A DNA stretch of 38,255 nucleotides from Asterionella formosa. Its lineage: Eukaryota. Below, one piece after another: positions 19,601 through 36,566 of the stretch (position 1 is the stretch's first letter; each line of letters starts with the position of its first letter). A model generated the notes under the pieces. That model did no database searches and was not told the DNA's origin. It saw only the letters and a program-made list of their open reading frames with translations. The position numbers and the translations under genes are program-made. The DNA lies in the NCBI GenBank assembly GCA_002256025.1, contig NKIB01015105.1:1-38255 (forward strand). Direction: 5' to 3'.

Positions 19601-21637
19601 TCATATTTTAAAAAATTTAATAAAGAACAATGAAATAAAAAAAATACTAAAAATCTCATCGTCTGAAAAACTGTAAAAAATATCTAAAATCGAATTAATT
19701 GACTCTAACAAAACAATATGCTCAAAAATTAATATTAAACTAATAATGACTAAAAATATAAAAGTATAATGATACAAATAACCTGACTGTAATTTTTGTA
19801 AATCCGAACCTGTTTTTGATATTATATAATTTAAACCGTAAGGTCCCATTACTTCAAAAATTCCTCGATCGACTAATTTGTAACTTGTGGAATAACCAAA
19901 AATAAAAACGTATTGTGAAATAAACTCTTGGTATAATTTGTCAAAAAACAATTTTTTATTTAAAAAATTGTAAGCTTTTAAGCCAAATGAATTTTTTTTT
20001 AACAAAAAAAGAAATTTCGAATTATTAATATAAAAAAAAAACGCCAAAAAAATACCAAAAAAACTCATTTGAACTGGAAAAATTTTGACTTCATTATCTA
20101 TAAGCTCAGCATCAAAAAAATTCATGTTTTCCGGTTTTATAAAAATAGCATTACCCCAAAAATCACTACCAAGCCCTACAAAAATTTCTTTAATAAAAAA
20201 TCCAATGAATAAGCTAGGGAAAGCTAAAAAAAAAAGTGTAAGACAAATTTTATAGGAAGAATCATAAGCAAAAATGATTACAGACTTATTCCCATTAGGC
20301 TTAGATATAAAAGTTAAGTAAATTAGTCGTGTAGAATAAAATGATGTCAAAAATGCACCAATAGATCCTAAATAATAACTAAAATGACTAATTGAAGTAT
20401 ACTTAACATAAGCAACCTCTAAAATTAAATCCTTTGAATAAAATCCTGCCAAAAAAGGGAAACCTACTAATGCTAAAGAACCAACAACCATCATAGAATA
20501 AGTAAAAGGTATTAATTGTTTTAAACCACCCATTTTTCTAATGTCTTGTTCATCGGACACTGAATGAATAACAGACCCAGCACCCAAAAAAAGTAAAGCT
20601 TTAAAGAATGCATGGTTTGCTAAATGAAAGATACCTACAGAATAATTTGAAAGCCCACATGCAAAAATCATATAACCTAACTGACTACAGGTTGAATAAG
20701 CGATAACCTTTTTTAAATCATTTTGAACTAAACCTATGCTAGCAGCAAAAAAAGCGGTAATAGATCCTATAAAAGCGATAATTTCTAATAAACTACCTAC
20801 AAATTCAAAAATAGGAGAGGATCTTGAAATTAAAAAAACCCCTGCGGTTACCATAGTAGCTGCATGAATTAAAGCCGATACAGGAGTTGGAGCTTCCATA
20901 GCATCTGGTAACCAAGTATGCAAACCTAATTGGGCTGACTTACCCACTGCCCCAATAAATAAAAAAATACCTATAACAAATAAAACACTGTAATTAATAT
21001 TGAAAATTAAAATAGTTTTGGTAACAAAAAATGGGACTAAAGCAAAAACAATAGCATAATCTACAGACTTAAAGGTAAGAAAAACCACTAAAATACCAAG
21101 AACAATCCCAAAATCCCCTATTCGATTTAAAATCATAGCTTTTATTGCAGCCTTATTAGCTTGAACCCTCGAAAACCAAAAATTTATAAGTAAATAGGAA
21201 CATAAACCTACACCCTCCCAACCCACAAACATTTGAACAAAATTGTCTGCTGTAACCAAAACTAGCATAAAAAAAGTAAAAAACGATAAATAAGACATAA
21301 ACCGAGATAAATGAGGATCTTGCGCCATGTATTCAATAGAGTAGAAATGAACTAAAGTAGAAACAAAAGTAATAATACAACACAAAGTAATACTTAAACT
21401 ATCAAATAAAAAACCCCAATCAACATTTAATGTACCACATTCAAACCAGCCAATTAATTTAAAATAAACAGAACAATTTAGAAAACCAACTTCACAAAAC
21501 CCAACAAAAGAAAATAAAAAAGATAAAAAAGTACACATTGTTGTTATTATAGACGAGCCATAAAACCCTAAATATCTACCAAATAACCCAGCACTGCAAA
21601 ACCCGAAAAATGGTAATAAAATTATAAGCAAATACAT
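19601..21637 (-). CDS. nad5: NADH dehydrogenase subunit 5
   Basis: GKSAQLGLHTWLPDAME, HAFFKALLF; TGA stop. Confidence 0.99.
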   Translation of the reverse strand: MYLLIILLPFFGFCSAGLFGRYLGFYGSSIITTMCTFLSFLFSFVGFCEVGFLNCSVYFKLIGWFECGTLNVDWGFLFDSLSITLCCIITFVSTLVHFYSIEYMAQDPHLSRFMSYLSFFTFFMLVLVTADNFVQMFVGWEGVGLCSYLLINFWFSRVQANKAAIKAMILNRIGDFGIVLGILVVFLTFKSVDYAIVFALVPFFVTKTILIFNINYSVLFVIGIFLFIGAVGKSAQLGLHTWLPDAMEAPTPVSALIHAATMVTAGVFLISRSSPIFEFVGSLLEIIAFIGSITAFFAASIGLVQNDLKKVIAYSTCSQLGYMIFACGLSNYSVGIFHLANHAFFKALLFLGAGSVIHSVSDEQDIRKMGGLKQLIPFTYSMMVVGSLALVGFPFLAGFYSKDLILEVAYVKYTSISHFSYYLGSIGAFLTSFYSTRLIYLTFISKPNGNKSVIIFAYDSSYKICLTLFFLAFPSLFIGFFIKEIFVGLGSDFWGNAIFIKPENMNFFDAELIDNEVKIFPVQMSFFGIFLAFFFYINNSKFLFLLKKNSFGLKAYNFLNKKLFFDKLYQEFISQYVFIFGYSTSYKLVDRGIFEVMGPYGLNYIISKTGSDLQKLQSGYLYHYTFIFLVIISLILIFEHIVLLESINSILDIFYSFSDDEIFSIFFISLFFIKFFKI

Positions 21638-21651
21638 ATTAAAATGTTACA

Positions 21652-21996
21652 TCACTTCTTTTTAGCAGATTTTGCATTAGTTCGAGTTCGTTGACCTCTT
21701 ACAGGAAGACCTTTCTTTAATCGAAAACCTTTTTTAGATTTAATATATGATAATCTTTTTAATAAAAAAACCCTAAAACTAGATAACTCACTAGTAACTT
21801 CAAAATTTAAAGTATGTATTAATTTTACGATCTGTATAATCTCATCATCTAAAAGATTTTTTAGTTTAAGTTTTTTGGAAAACCCTAATTTTTGGCAAAT
21901 TAATAACGCTCTTTTAAGTCCGATTCCCTGAACATCACTTAAAACAAAAAAAATAGGCTGTATATCCCTTACATCAGTATCCAATATGAATACCAT
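21652..21996 (-). CDS. rps13: Ribosomal protein S13
   Basis: GLPVRGQRTRTNA. Confidence 0.97.
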   Translation of the reverse strand: MVFILDTDVRDIQPIFFVLSDVQGIGLKRALLICQKLGFSKKLKLKNLLDDEIIQIVKLIHTLNFEVTSELSSFRVFLLKRLSYIKSKKGFRLKKGLPVRGQRTRTNAKSAKKK

Positions 21997-21998
21997 GA

Positions 21999-23462
21999 CT
22001 AAAAATAAATAAGCTCAATTAAATTATTAACACTCATATGTAAATAGTTTAAAAAAATGAATGGTATAAATCCCATTAAACAAATCCCAATAATTAACGG
22101 TAAAAATGATAAAAACTCAAGTTTATTAATATCCAAAAAACTAATAAAATATTGAGTTTTTAAATTTCCATAAGAAACTCGATTAAATAACCATAATGAA
22201 TAACAACCACCAATAACCATACTAGTTGAACCGATTAAAGTAATACAAGTATTACTTTGAAACGAACCAGTCAATATTAAAAATTCTCCAATAAAACTAC
22301 TAGTACCTGGTAATCCAATATTTGCCATAGTGAAAAATAAAAATATAACAACATAAATTGGCATAACATGATTTAAACCTCCGTAATAACGAACCATGCG
22401 TGTGTGATAACGATCATACACCACTCCAATAATCATAAATAGCCCACTAGCAACAAATCCATGACTTAAACTTTGTAAAATAGCTCCTTCAATTCCTATA
22501 ACATTAAAACTAAAAATCCCTAGAACTACGATGTTCATATGAGCTATTGAAGTATAAGCAATAATTCGTTTAAAATCAGTTTGGCGTATAGCCGTGAAAG
22601 ATGTATAAACCACACTAACGCCAGCTAAACAATATACGAAAGGTGAGAAATAAAAACATGCTTCTGGAAATAAAGGTAAGGAAAATCTTAAAAAACCATA
22701 AGTCCCTAACTTTAATAAAACACCAGCTAAAATAACAGAACCAGAAGTAGGAGCTTCCACATGAGCTTCTGGCAACCAAAGATGAACCGGAACCATTGGG
22801 ACTTTCGTACCAAAGGATAAAAAAAAAGAAAACCATAGAAATTTTTGTTCCAAAAAAGAAAATGAAAATGTAAGCAAAACTCGATAATCCGTTGTCCCAA
22901 CCTGATAATAAATATATAAAATTGAAATTAACATAGAAACCGAACCAAATAACGTATATAAAAAAAATAAAAAAGCAGCCCGCATTTTTCGTTCTCTAGA
23001 ACCCCAAACACCTATAATTAAAAACATTGGGATGAGAACACTTTCAAAAAAAATGTAAAATAATAACAAATCTAATATACAAAAAACACCTATCAACATC
23101 GCCTCTAGAATTAAAAATAAAACTAAATAAGTTTTTAAAAAATGAGTAATATTATTCCAACTTATTAATAAACAAATAGGAATTAACAACGTGGTTAAAA
23201 GCACAAAAAATAAGGAAATACCATCAATACCTAAAGAAAAAATTAAAGTGTATCCAAGAAACCAAATTTGGCTAGTACCAAATTGAAACGTACCTAAAGA
23301 TTTATCAAAAAAAAGTAACAAAAGTAATGAAAATAAAAAAGTAATACAAGTAATACTTAACCCAATCTGTTTAGAATACTTTAACGAAACAACAACTAAA
23401 AAAAAAGATCCTAACAAGGGAATCGAAAAAAGACAAAACAATAAATTATTTAAAAAAATCAT
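21999..23462 (-). CDS. nad4: NADH dehydrogenase subunit 4
   Basis: HLWLPEAHVEAP, IIAYTSIAHM. Confidence 0.99.
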   Translation of the reverse strand: MIFLNNLLFCLFSIPLLGSFFLVVVSLKYSKQIGLSITCITFLFSLLLLLFFDKSLGTFQFGTSQIWFLGYTLIFSLGIDGISLFFVLLTTLLIPICLLISWNNITHFLKTYLVLFLILEAMLIGVFCILDLLLFYIFFESVLIPMFLIIGVWGSRERKMRAAFLFFLYTLFGSVSMLISILYIYYQVGTTDYRVLLTFSFSFLEQKFLWFSFFLSFGTKVPMVPVHLWLPEAHVEAPTSGSVILAGVLLKLGTYGFLRFSLPLFPEACFYFSPFVYCLAGVSVVYTSFTAIRQTDFKRIIAYTSIAHMNIVVLGIFSFNVIGIEGAILQSLSHGFVASGLFMIIGVVYDRYHTRMVRYYGGLNHVMPIYVVIFLFFTMANIGLPGTSSFIGEFLILTGSFQSNTCITLIGSTSMVIGGCYSLWLFNRVSYGNLKTQYFISFLDINKLEFLSFLPLIIGICLMGFIPFIFLNYLHMSVNNLIELIYF

Positions 23463-23474
23463 ATTTCTAAAACT

Positions 23475-23548
23475 AACATTTTATAGGATTTGAACCTATG
23501 ACAACCAGCTTAGAAAGCTGTTGCTCTATCCAACTAAGCTAAAAATGC
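23475..23548 (-). tRNA. trnR: tRNA-Arg(UCU)
   Basis: Cloverleaf, loop TTTCTAA. Confidence 0.94.
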
Positions 23549-23551
23549 TGT

Positions 23552-25057
23552 TTATAAAACAAAACTGATTTTATACGAAATAAAAAAAAGTAAATTTGGT
23601 CTTATAAAAAAAAAAATTAAAAAATAAACCAACAAAACTAAAAGAAAAGTTATTTGATTTTTAATAGGATAATATAATTTCCCAACTAAAACTGAAATTT
23701 CAAAATATAAAATTTTAATAACCCGAATATAATAAAAAGTTGAAATTACACTACAAAATACACTTAAAAAAGAAATAAAATAATAATGTACCTCTACTGC
23801 AGCTAAAAAAAGCCCAATTTTCGTCAAAAAACCTATTAGCGGCGGGAAACCTGCGATTGAAAATAATATTATGTTTAAATTTATAGCTAACCCTGAGTTT
23901 GATTTATGTAATAAAATTAAATCTGTTAAATCTTTATTTTGTTTTTTTAAATAAACAGTTTTTACCATAATTAACATTAAAATAAACCAAAAACAAAGGC
24001 CTGACAACATATAAATAATTAAATAACTAAATGCCAATTGAAACCCTTCAGTATTAGGCAAACTAAACACAATCAAAATGTACCCCATATGACTAATTGA
24101 ACTATAAGCTAGTAAACTCTTCAATTTTCGTTGTTCTAAACCACCAAAAGACCCTACTATAATACTAACTACAGCTATAATAACTAAAACATCTGTTAAA
24201 TAAAAAAAAACATTCAAAAAACAATAATTAAAAACCTTTAGAAAAAGAATAAAAATACTTAATTTGGGAACAACTGCAAAAAAAAAAGTAGAACTAAAAG
24301 GAGATCCTTCATAAATGTCTGATAACCAAACATGAAATGGAGCAATTGCAAGCTTAAAAAGTAAACTTATTAAAATTAAAAACAATGGATATTGAAAAAT
24401 ATCAGGAGAAAAAATATTATTCCCTAAAGAATCTTCTGACAACTCTGAAAAATCAGTAAAATTTAAAGTCCCAAATAAACCATACAAAATGGAACTGCCA
24501 TATAAAAATAAACCTGAAGAAAATGAACCTAATATAAAATATTTTAAACCACCTTCTACTGAATAACTAGAATTTTTATTAAAAGACGCCAACAAATAAA
24601 AAGATAATCCTTGTAATTCAATACTTAAATATGCAATTAACAAATCATTTGATGTGCAAATTAAAAAGGTTCCCAAAAAAGCAAACAAAAAAATTATGTA
24701 ATATTCAAAATAATTAATTTTTGGGGTACTAACAAAATGTTCTATGATAAAAAAAAATATAATCGAAGTGATCCCAATTATAATCTTAGAAGTATTAGTT
24801 AAAATATCAAAAACAAAAGTATTACTAAAACCCAGAATTCTTAAACCTAAAAAATTTTGATTAATTAGTAAAAGACACACAAATAAAATTGTTAATTTAA
24901 TTAAAAAAAGAATGGGTTTCTCAATCAAAATAAAATTATTACAACGATTAAACCCTAAAAATAAAGAATGAAAGACAAGGTAAACAATACAAACCCCTAA
25001 AAACAGTTCTGGCAATACTATTATATATGATAACAAAAAAATCGTTTTTATGTTCAT
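23552..25057 (-). CDS. nad2: NADH dehydrogenase subunit 2
   Basis: EGGLKYFILG, FKLAIAPFHVW, LLAYSSISHMG. Confidence 0.98.
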   Translation of the reverse strand: MNIKTIFLLSYIIVLPELFLGVCIVYLVFHSLFLGFNRCNNFILIEKPILFLIKLTILFVCLLLINQNFLGLRILGFSNTFVFDILTNTSKIIIGITSIIFFFIIEHFVSTPKINYFEYYIIFLFAFLGTFLICTSNDLLIAYLSIELQGLSFYLLASFNKNSSYSVEGGLKYFILGSFSSGLFLYGSSILYGLFGTLNFTDFSELSEDSLGNNIFSPDIFQYPLFLILISLLFKLAIAPFHVWLSDIYEGSPFSSTFFFAVVPKLSIFILFLKVFNYCFLNVFFYLTDVLVIIAVVSIIVGSFGGLEQRKLKSLLAYSSISHMGYILIVFSLPNTEGFQLAFSYLIIYMLSGLCFWFILMLIMVKTVYLKKQNKDLTDLILLHKSNSGLAINLNIILFSIAGFPPLIGFLTKIGLFLAAVEVHYYFISFLSVFCSVISTFYYIRVIKILYFEISVLVGKLYYPIKNQITFLLVLLVYFLIFFFIRPNLLFFISYKISFVL

Positions 25058-25076
25058 TTTTATTGTATAAAATTAT

Positions 25077-25937
25077 TTAAATAATACCACCCCACCAATA
25101 AATACTAAGAAAAAGAAATAACCAAACCACATCCACAAAATGCCAATACCATGCAGCTGATTCAAATCCAAAATGATGTGTATTGGTAAAATGGTTTAAA
25201 ATTATTCTAATTAAAGCTATTAATAATGAAATCGTACCAACAAAAACATGAAATCCATGAAAACCAGTGGCTAAATAAAAACAGGATCCATAAATGCTAT
25301 CATTTATGGAAAAGGACGCAACAAAATATTCAATTGTTTGGAATTCAGTAAATAAAGAAGCTATCAAAATAGTTAGAATTAAAGCTTCAATAGCTTCTTT
25401 TTTTTCTCTTGCAACAATAGAATGATGTGCCCAGGTAACCGTCGCTCCTGATGTTAAAAGAAGACAAGTATTTGTTAAAGGAATTTCAAAAGTTTGAATA
25501 GGATCAATAAATTTGGGAGGCCATACACCACCAATATTAAATACAGGTGAAAGACTCGAGTGAAAAAATGCCCAAAAAAAAGCAAAAAAAAACATAATTT
25601 CAGAAACAATAAACAAAATCATCCCTAATCTTAAACCTCTTTGAACTGCAAAGCTATGTTGATTTTCGAACGTTGCTTCCCGAATGATATCTCGCCACCA
25701 AGTAAACATGACGTATAAAATAACAAAGAAACCAGTTAAAAAAAGTTTATAACCACCTTGAAATTGATGCATATATAAAACACCACCAATAGTTAACATA
25801 AAAGCACCTAAAGACGCTACTAACGGCCAAGGGCTAGGGTCAACTAAATGATAAGAATGCCTTGTTTTCATATAATGAAAAGAAATATTTTTAGGTTCAC
25901 TCTGCAAAATTTTATTTTTTTTTTTTAATATGTGCAT
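25077..25937 (-). CDS. cox3: Cytochrome c oxidase subunit 3
   Basis: [27 protein letters not shown]. Confidence 0.99.
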   Translation of the reverse strand: MHILKKKNKILQSEPKNISFHYMKTRHSYHLVDPSPWPLVASLGAFMLTIGGVLYMHQFQGGYKLFLTGFFVILYVMFTWWRDIIREATFENQHSFAVQRGLRLGMILFIVSEIMFFFAFFWAFFHSSLSPVFNIGGVWPPKFIDPIQTFEIPLTNTCLLLTSGATVTWAHHSIVAREKKEAIEALILTILIASLFTEFQTIEYFVASFSINDSIYGSCFYLATGFHGFHVFVGTISLLIALIRIILNHFTNTHHFGFESAAWYWHFVDVVWLFLFLSIYWWGGII

Positions 25938-26096
25938 AATAATTAAACACCCCTACCTATAAATTATCAGCTGAAAACGTAATTCTGCTTTAAAACTGTT
26001 CGATTTCTGTTCTAGACTACAAAAAACTACCTTAATATTTAGATAAAAAAAACACTAATAATTTCTCTAATTTAAGTTGTCAATAAATATAAAACT

Positions 26097-26169
26097 TAAG
26101 CTTAAGTAGACTCGAACTACTGACCTTGCGCTTATCAGGCACATGCTCTTACCACTAAGCTACAAGCTT
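26097..26169 (-). tRNA. trnI: tRNA-Ile(GAU)
   Basis: Cloverleaf, loop CTGATAA. Confidence 0.95.
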
Positions 26170-26198
26170 TACGATTCCCACTTTAATAAAATAATAAA

Positions 26199-26777
26199 TT
26201 AAACTTGTTTCACAGATTCAAACAAATTTTGCTGAGTTTTAAAATTAGTGGTTAAAGAGATTGAACCCAATACAGCCAAAAAAAGTAAAAAGCCAGATAT
26301 TAAAAAAGACAAAACATAATAGTTATACAAAACCTGACCAATTGCTTCAATTTCCAAAATAACTTCGGTCTTGTTAAACCAATTATAATACTCATTGTAT
26401 TTAATACTATTATAATATGGATTTCTCATTTTAAACCAATATTGAAAATTATTTATTAAACTCGACAATAAAAAAAACAGAGCAATATAAAATCCCGTGG
26501 GTAAAAATTTAGTGTTAATTTTTTCAACACTCTTAGTTTTAAGATCAAGCATCATAATAACAAATAAAAATAAAACAGCAATAGCCCCAACATACACAAT
26601 GATAAACAAAAGTGGAATAAACTCACATTTATATAAAAATAATAAACTAGCACTACTAAGAAAACTTAATATTAAAAAAAAAGCAGAATATACCGCATTT
26701 TTTGAAAAAACTGATGCAGAAGCAGTAAATATAATAATAATAGAAAAAATGGATCCAAAAAAGTCGTTTATTTTCAT
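26199..26777 (-). CDS. nad6: NADH dehydrogenase subunit 6
   Basis: VYVGAIAVLFLFVIMML, IGQVLY. Confidence 0.98.
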   Translation of the reverse strand: MKINDFFGSIFSIIIIFTASASVFSKNAVYSAFFLILSFLSSASLLFLYKCEFIPLLFIIVYVGAIAVLFLFVIMMLDLKTKSVEKINTKFLPTGFYIALFFLLSSLINNFQYWFKMRNPYYNSIKYNEYYNWFNKTEVILEIEAIGQVLYNYYVLSFLISGFLLFLAVLGSISLTTNFKTQQNLFESVKQV

Positions 26778-26788
26778 TTCTAAAATTT

Positions 26789-26861
26789 TAATGAAAGCAG
26801 GACTTAAACCTGCGGCATTTGGATTATGACCCCAACGTTCTATCTACTGAACTATTCCATT
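26789..26861 (-). tRNA. trnM: tRNA-Met(CAU), atypical
   Basis: All four stems pair; loop GTCATAA; T-loop TTTAAGT; no D-loop GG. Confidence 0.8.
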
Positions 26862-28412
26862 TTTCCAGCTACACGTTCCCGTAAAGCTACCTTGTTACGA
26901 CTTCATACAAATTATTAACCGTTCAATGGATTTACTAAAAATAAATCTTCGAGTAAAATTAATTTTTCGCATGTGACGGGCGGTGTGTACAAGGCCAATA
27001 TACGTATTCACCGCAACAATCTAATTTGCGATTACTAGTGATTCCAACTTCATGTAAGCGAGTTGCAGCCTACAATTCGAACTAAGGAAATTTTTAAGAA
27101 TTAATACAAACTTTTAATTTTAATATTATTTTGTAATTTCCATTGTAGCACGTGTGTAGCCCAACTCATTAGGGCCACATAGACTTGACTTGATTCTCTC
27201 CTTCCTCTGATTTGTCACCAGCAGTTTTTTTAAAAGATTTAAACTTTATTCAAAGAAAGAAAGGTTTGTTTATATTAAAAATAAGAGTTACGTTCGTTAA
27301 AGGAATTAACCAAACATCTCACGACACGAACTGACGACAGCCGTGCAGCACCTGTAAAATTTGTTTCTTTTATACTTTAATCAAGTATATTATTTCAAAA
27401 TTTTATGTCAAGAGTTGGTAAGGTTTTCGTGGATTATCGAATTAAACCACATGCTCCACCACTAGTTTTAGGCCCCCGTCAATTCCTTTGAGTTCCAATC
27501 TTGCGATTATACTCCTCAGACGGAATGCTTATTGCGTTAGCTTAAAAATCTAATAATTAATTAAAAATTCAAAAATAAATAAAAATTTAAATTACAGCAT
27601 TCATAATTTACGGTATAGACTACCAGGGTATCTAATCCTGTTTGCTACCTATACTTTCGTTTCTCAGCGTCAGTTTTTACTAAAGAACCGCTTTCGCTTG
27701 ATGGTATTCCTTTATATATCTTCAAGTTTTACCTTTTCATATAAAATTCTACTCTTTTGTAAAAAACTCAAGTGAAGAAGTATTATAAGCCGATTTAAAG
27801 TTAAGCTTTAAAGTTTAACAAATAACTTTCATCACAACCTACAAACTCTTTACGCCCAATTATTTCGAGTAACGCTTGCCCCTCCCGTTTTACCGCGGCT
27901 GCTGGCACGAGATTAGCCGGGACTAAAACTTCTTTAAATAATGTCATTATCATTTTTAACGAAAAAAGTTTACAACCAATTTAGCCGTCTTCAATTAGAT
28001 AGTATTGCTGGATCAAACTTCCGTCCATTGTCCAATATTCCTTACTGCTGGCCAATTAAATTAGCCTGGACCTTATCTCAATTCCAGTGTGATTGATCAT
28101 TCTCTAAAATCAACTAAAGATCACGGGCTTGGTCAACTATTAATCGACCAACTACCTAATCTTTAACAAAACCATTTTTTAGCAGCTATAAAATAGAGTT
28201 ATAGCCTTTTTAAATATTTAAAAATTAACATAAATTTTAATTTGTTTCAATTTAATGAATATGTATTATTTTAAACTAAAAAGTAGATTTTTGTGTTTTA
28301 CTCACCCGTTCGCTACGGATCTTGCGAAACTTCGGAAACTCCGTTAAACTTGCATGTATAAAGCATACTACTAGCGTTAACTCTGAGCCAGGATCAAACT
28401 CATGTTATAAAA
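26862..28412 (-). rRNA. rns: Mitochondrial SSU rRNA (ends approximate)
   Basis: GAGTTTGATCCTGGCTCAG, GTGCCAGCAGCCGCGGTAA, GTACACACCGCCCGTC, AAGTCGTAACAAGGT on the minus strand. Confidence 0.98.
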
Positions 28413-28499
28413 ATTTTAATTCTCAAAATAGAATTCAAATTATTTTGTTTTAAAATCTAAATTTAATTGTATTTAACTGAAAACAGTATCAATAACTAT

Positions 28500-29290
28500 T
28501 AAAAAAGTTTTTAGAGTTTTTAGTACTTATTAGCTAAAAATTTTACAACATTTACACTCTAAGCCTATTTATGTAATAATCTTTTACATCTTTTTAAAAA
28601 ATTGGTTTTAAGATTAGTTTCTTACTTAGATGCTTTCAGTAATTATCTAATATGAATTTAGCTACTCGACTGTGCTATTGGTATAACAATCGATACACCA
28701 GAGATTCACTTTTCCTGGTCCTCTCGTACTAAGGTTTAAACCTATCAATTTTTTACATTTACGGTAGATAGGGACCAAACTGTCTCACGACGTTCTAAAC
28801 TCAGATCATGTACCGCCTTCCTTGGCGAACAGCCAAACCCTTGAAACCATTTGCAGTTTCAGGATGCGATAATCCAACATCGAGGTGCCCCATTATTTCG
28901 TCGATAGGATCTCTAAGAAATAAGTGGCCTGTTATCCCCGGCGTACCATTTTATTCGTTGAGCGATGGCTTTTTCCATTCAAAACCACCGGATCACTATA
29001 ACCGACTTACGTCCCTGATTGATTTGTAAATCTAACAGTCAAGCAAATTTACTGCTATTACACTTTTATATTAAAATATTTTAATATAAATTTACCTTTG
29101 TGCGCCTCCGGTACTTTTTAGGAGGCCACCGCCCCAGTCAAACTAACTATTATACAATGTCTTAATAATGAGTATTAAAAAATTTTGAAAGTGGTATTTC
29201 ACTAAAATTTTTTTAATTTACAAAAATAAATAATTATAAACAATTTCCCACTTATTCTACTTACCAAATATTTTAACACAATATATAAAA

Positions 29291-29322
<32 letters not shown>

Positions 29323-31245
29323 CCGCAAATTTTCTGCATCTTCACAGAAAGTTCAATTTCACTGAGTCTGTATTGGAGACAGTGGGACAGTCGTTACGCC
29401 ATTCGTGCAGGACACCAATTAAATGCCAAGGAATTTCGCTACCTTAGGACCGTCAGAGTTACAGCCGCCGTTTACTGAGAATTATTTTGGGAGCTAAAAA
29501 ACCCTTTTTATTAATCTTACAGCACTGGGCAGGCGTCAGTTTCTATACATCTTTTTACAATTTAGCAGAAACCTGTGGTTTTAATAACCAGTCGCTGTCC
29601 CCGATTTTGTGCCAACAATAAATGGTTCTCACCAATATTAATGTTACTCTTTATCCAAATGTTACAGAGTCATTTTGCCGAGTTCCTTCAATACAGTTTT
29701 CTCAAACGCCTTAATTTACTAAATAAATTCACCTGTGTCGGTTTAGGGTACGGTTTTAAAATAAATAAAGCTATTTCTTGAAAACATTTTAAAACTTTTA
29801 TTTAAACCAGTTAATAAAAATAATATACCTGTTTTGTCACTTTATTTAAAAATAGGACTAATAAATTACCTTTAAAACTCATTAAATCTAACTTTCGTAT
29901 TTTTCTTAGAGACCGATTAACAAATAGACCAAAGAAGATTAACTTTACTTTGGAAACCTTGAATTTAAGGCGACAACGATTTTAACGCTGTTTCTAGTTA
30001 CTCATACCAACATTATCAGTTTTGATTTCTCCAACCTATAAAAATATAAGTCTTCTAAAATATACAAAATGTTCTGCTACCATTTAAATTTAGATTTAAA
30101 TTTATTGCTTCGGCAAATAATTTTAGTCTCTTTACATTACTAATGCAAAAAATCTAAACCAGTTAGCTATTACGCTTTCTTTAAAGAATGGCTGCTTCCA
30201 AGCCTATCTTCAGATTGTTTTAATTTTTTTACAATTTTTGCACTTAATTATTTTTAGAGGCCTTATCAAATAATCTGGGCTGTTTCCCTCTTGACTATGG
30301 ATCTTAGCACCCACAGTCTGGCTGCTTAAAATCTTTTAATTTGTATTCGAAGTTTCATTAAACTTTATAAAATTTTCATTTCCATTATTTAACGAGAGCT
30401 CTACCCCAAAATAAAGTTTATTTTAAACGCTCTACTTAAATAGATTTCGCAGAAAACCAGCTATATCTGAGTTTGATTAGCCTTTCACTCCAAATCACAA
30501 ATCATCCCAGTATTTTGCCACATACACGGGTTCGGTCCTTCAATAAGCGTTACCGCGTTAAATTCAACCTGTTCATGACTAGATCACTTCAGTTTCGGGT
30601 ATTATTTAAATAACTAATAAACATTTTTAAATTCAATTTCTTTTCGCCTACATAATTTTAATTAAGCTCGCTATTAAAATAAAGTTGTTGGTCCCTTATA
30701 CAAGAGGTAAATTGTCACTTTAATATTAATAAGCTTCAACTGAATGTTAGCAATAAATTTCAGGTTCTTTTTCAAATCCACAGACTCTTTTTCATCTTTC
30801 CCTCACGGTACTCTTTTTCTATCAAACATTAAAAATTTTAAGACTTTGAGGATGGGACCCCATAATTCAAGCACCACATGACTAGTACCGCCTTACTAAT
30901 AAAAAATTAAAATAATTTATGTTTTACAGGGCTTACAATTCCTCCTTCTATGGCTACACTTTAAATGTTAATTAAACAAAATTAAACTAATTTTTAAGTC
31001 TTTTATTGTATTCGTTCGCCACTAATAACAATATCTCGATTGATTTTTTTTTTAGTTAATTAGATGATTCAATTCACTAAATTTATTACTTATTAAAAAG
31101 TAAATTAAAATTTTGTTAATTCAGTTTCCTGTTTATGAAAATTTACGTATCCTAGCTATTTTATAAGCTTAACTTAATATTTCGTTTACAAACGTTCATT
31201 TGTGTATTTTAATGCTTAGACATCCTTTTAATGCTTAAAAAATAA
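28500..31245 (-). rRNA. rnl: Mitochondrial LSU rRNA, no intron apparent (ends approximate)
   Basis: AGTACCGTGAGGGAAAG, GGTCCTAAGGTAGCGAAATTCC, GGCACCTCGATGT, sarcin-ricin AGTACGAGAGGACC. Confidence 0.97.
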
Positions 31246-31263
31246 CTTTATAACAATTATGTG

Positions 31264-31338
31264 GATGAATAATGAGATTTGAACTCACAACTGTTAGAAC
31301 CACAATCTAATACTCTACCAGATTGAGTTATACCCACC
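31264..31338 (-). tRNA. trnH: tRNA-His(GUG) with encoded G-1
   Basis: TTAGA-TTGTGGT-TCTAA; G-1 opposite C73. Confidence 0.93.
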
Positions 31339-31359
31339 ATCACCAACATAATTTACTTT

Positions 31360-32007
<648 letters not shown>

Positions 32008-32189
32008 TTAGAAATATACCCTGCCCTCCGAACCGTACATGATAGTTTCCCATCATACAGCTCTCTAGCAAACAAAAATTTCTCATATTTAATTTTTTCT
32101 TTTTTTATTATTTAAATTTAAGTATCTTACTTTATTTTTAACTTTTCATAGCTGAAACCTTTTTCTACAAAAAAGTTATTATTTATATC

Positions 32190-32351
32190 AATAAAAAAAG
32201 ATCGACTTTCTCGGAAATTCCCCGACCTATTATGCACATGTTATAATTTTCACTATCACACTTTTTATAGATCTTACACGTTGAATTTCTAAGTTGTCCA
32301 GTGTCTAACGACTCATCGAATTGAAAGACAAGTTAAACTATTAAACCAAAT
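32190..32351 (-). pseudogene. Decayed DNA-binding/HNH endonuclease tail of the intron ORF
   Basis: After the stop: IWFNSLT, QFDES, then TLDNLEIQRVRSIKSV..CA**VGEFPRKSIFF across frameshifts. Confidence 0.6.
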
Positions 32352-36562
<4,211 letters not shown>

Positions 36563-36566
36563 GGTT

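Noticed and set aside
25938..26096. ncRNA or small ORF in the cox3-trnI spacer (also 19502-19600)
   Set aside because: No convincing fold, motif or reading frame seen by eye
28413..28500. rnl-rns spacer as rrn5 (GATACTG..CAGT and AATTCT..AGAATT hairpins)
   Set aside because: Only weak AT-rich hairpins; 36630-36734 matches 5S motifs much better
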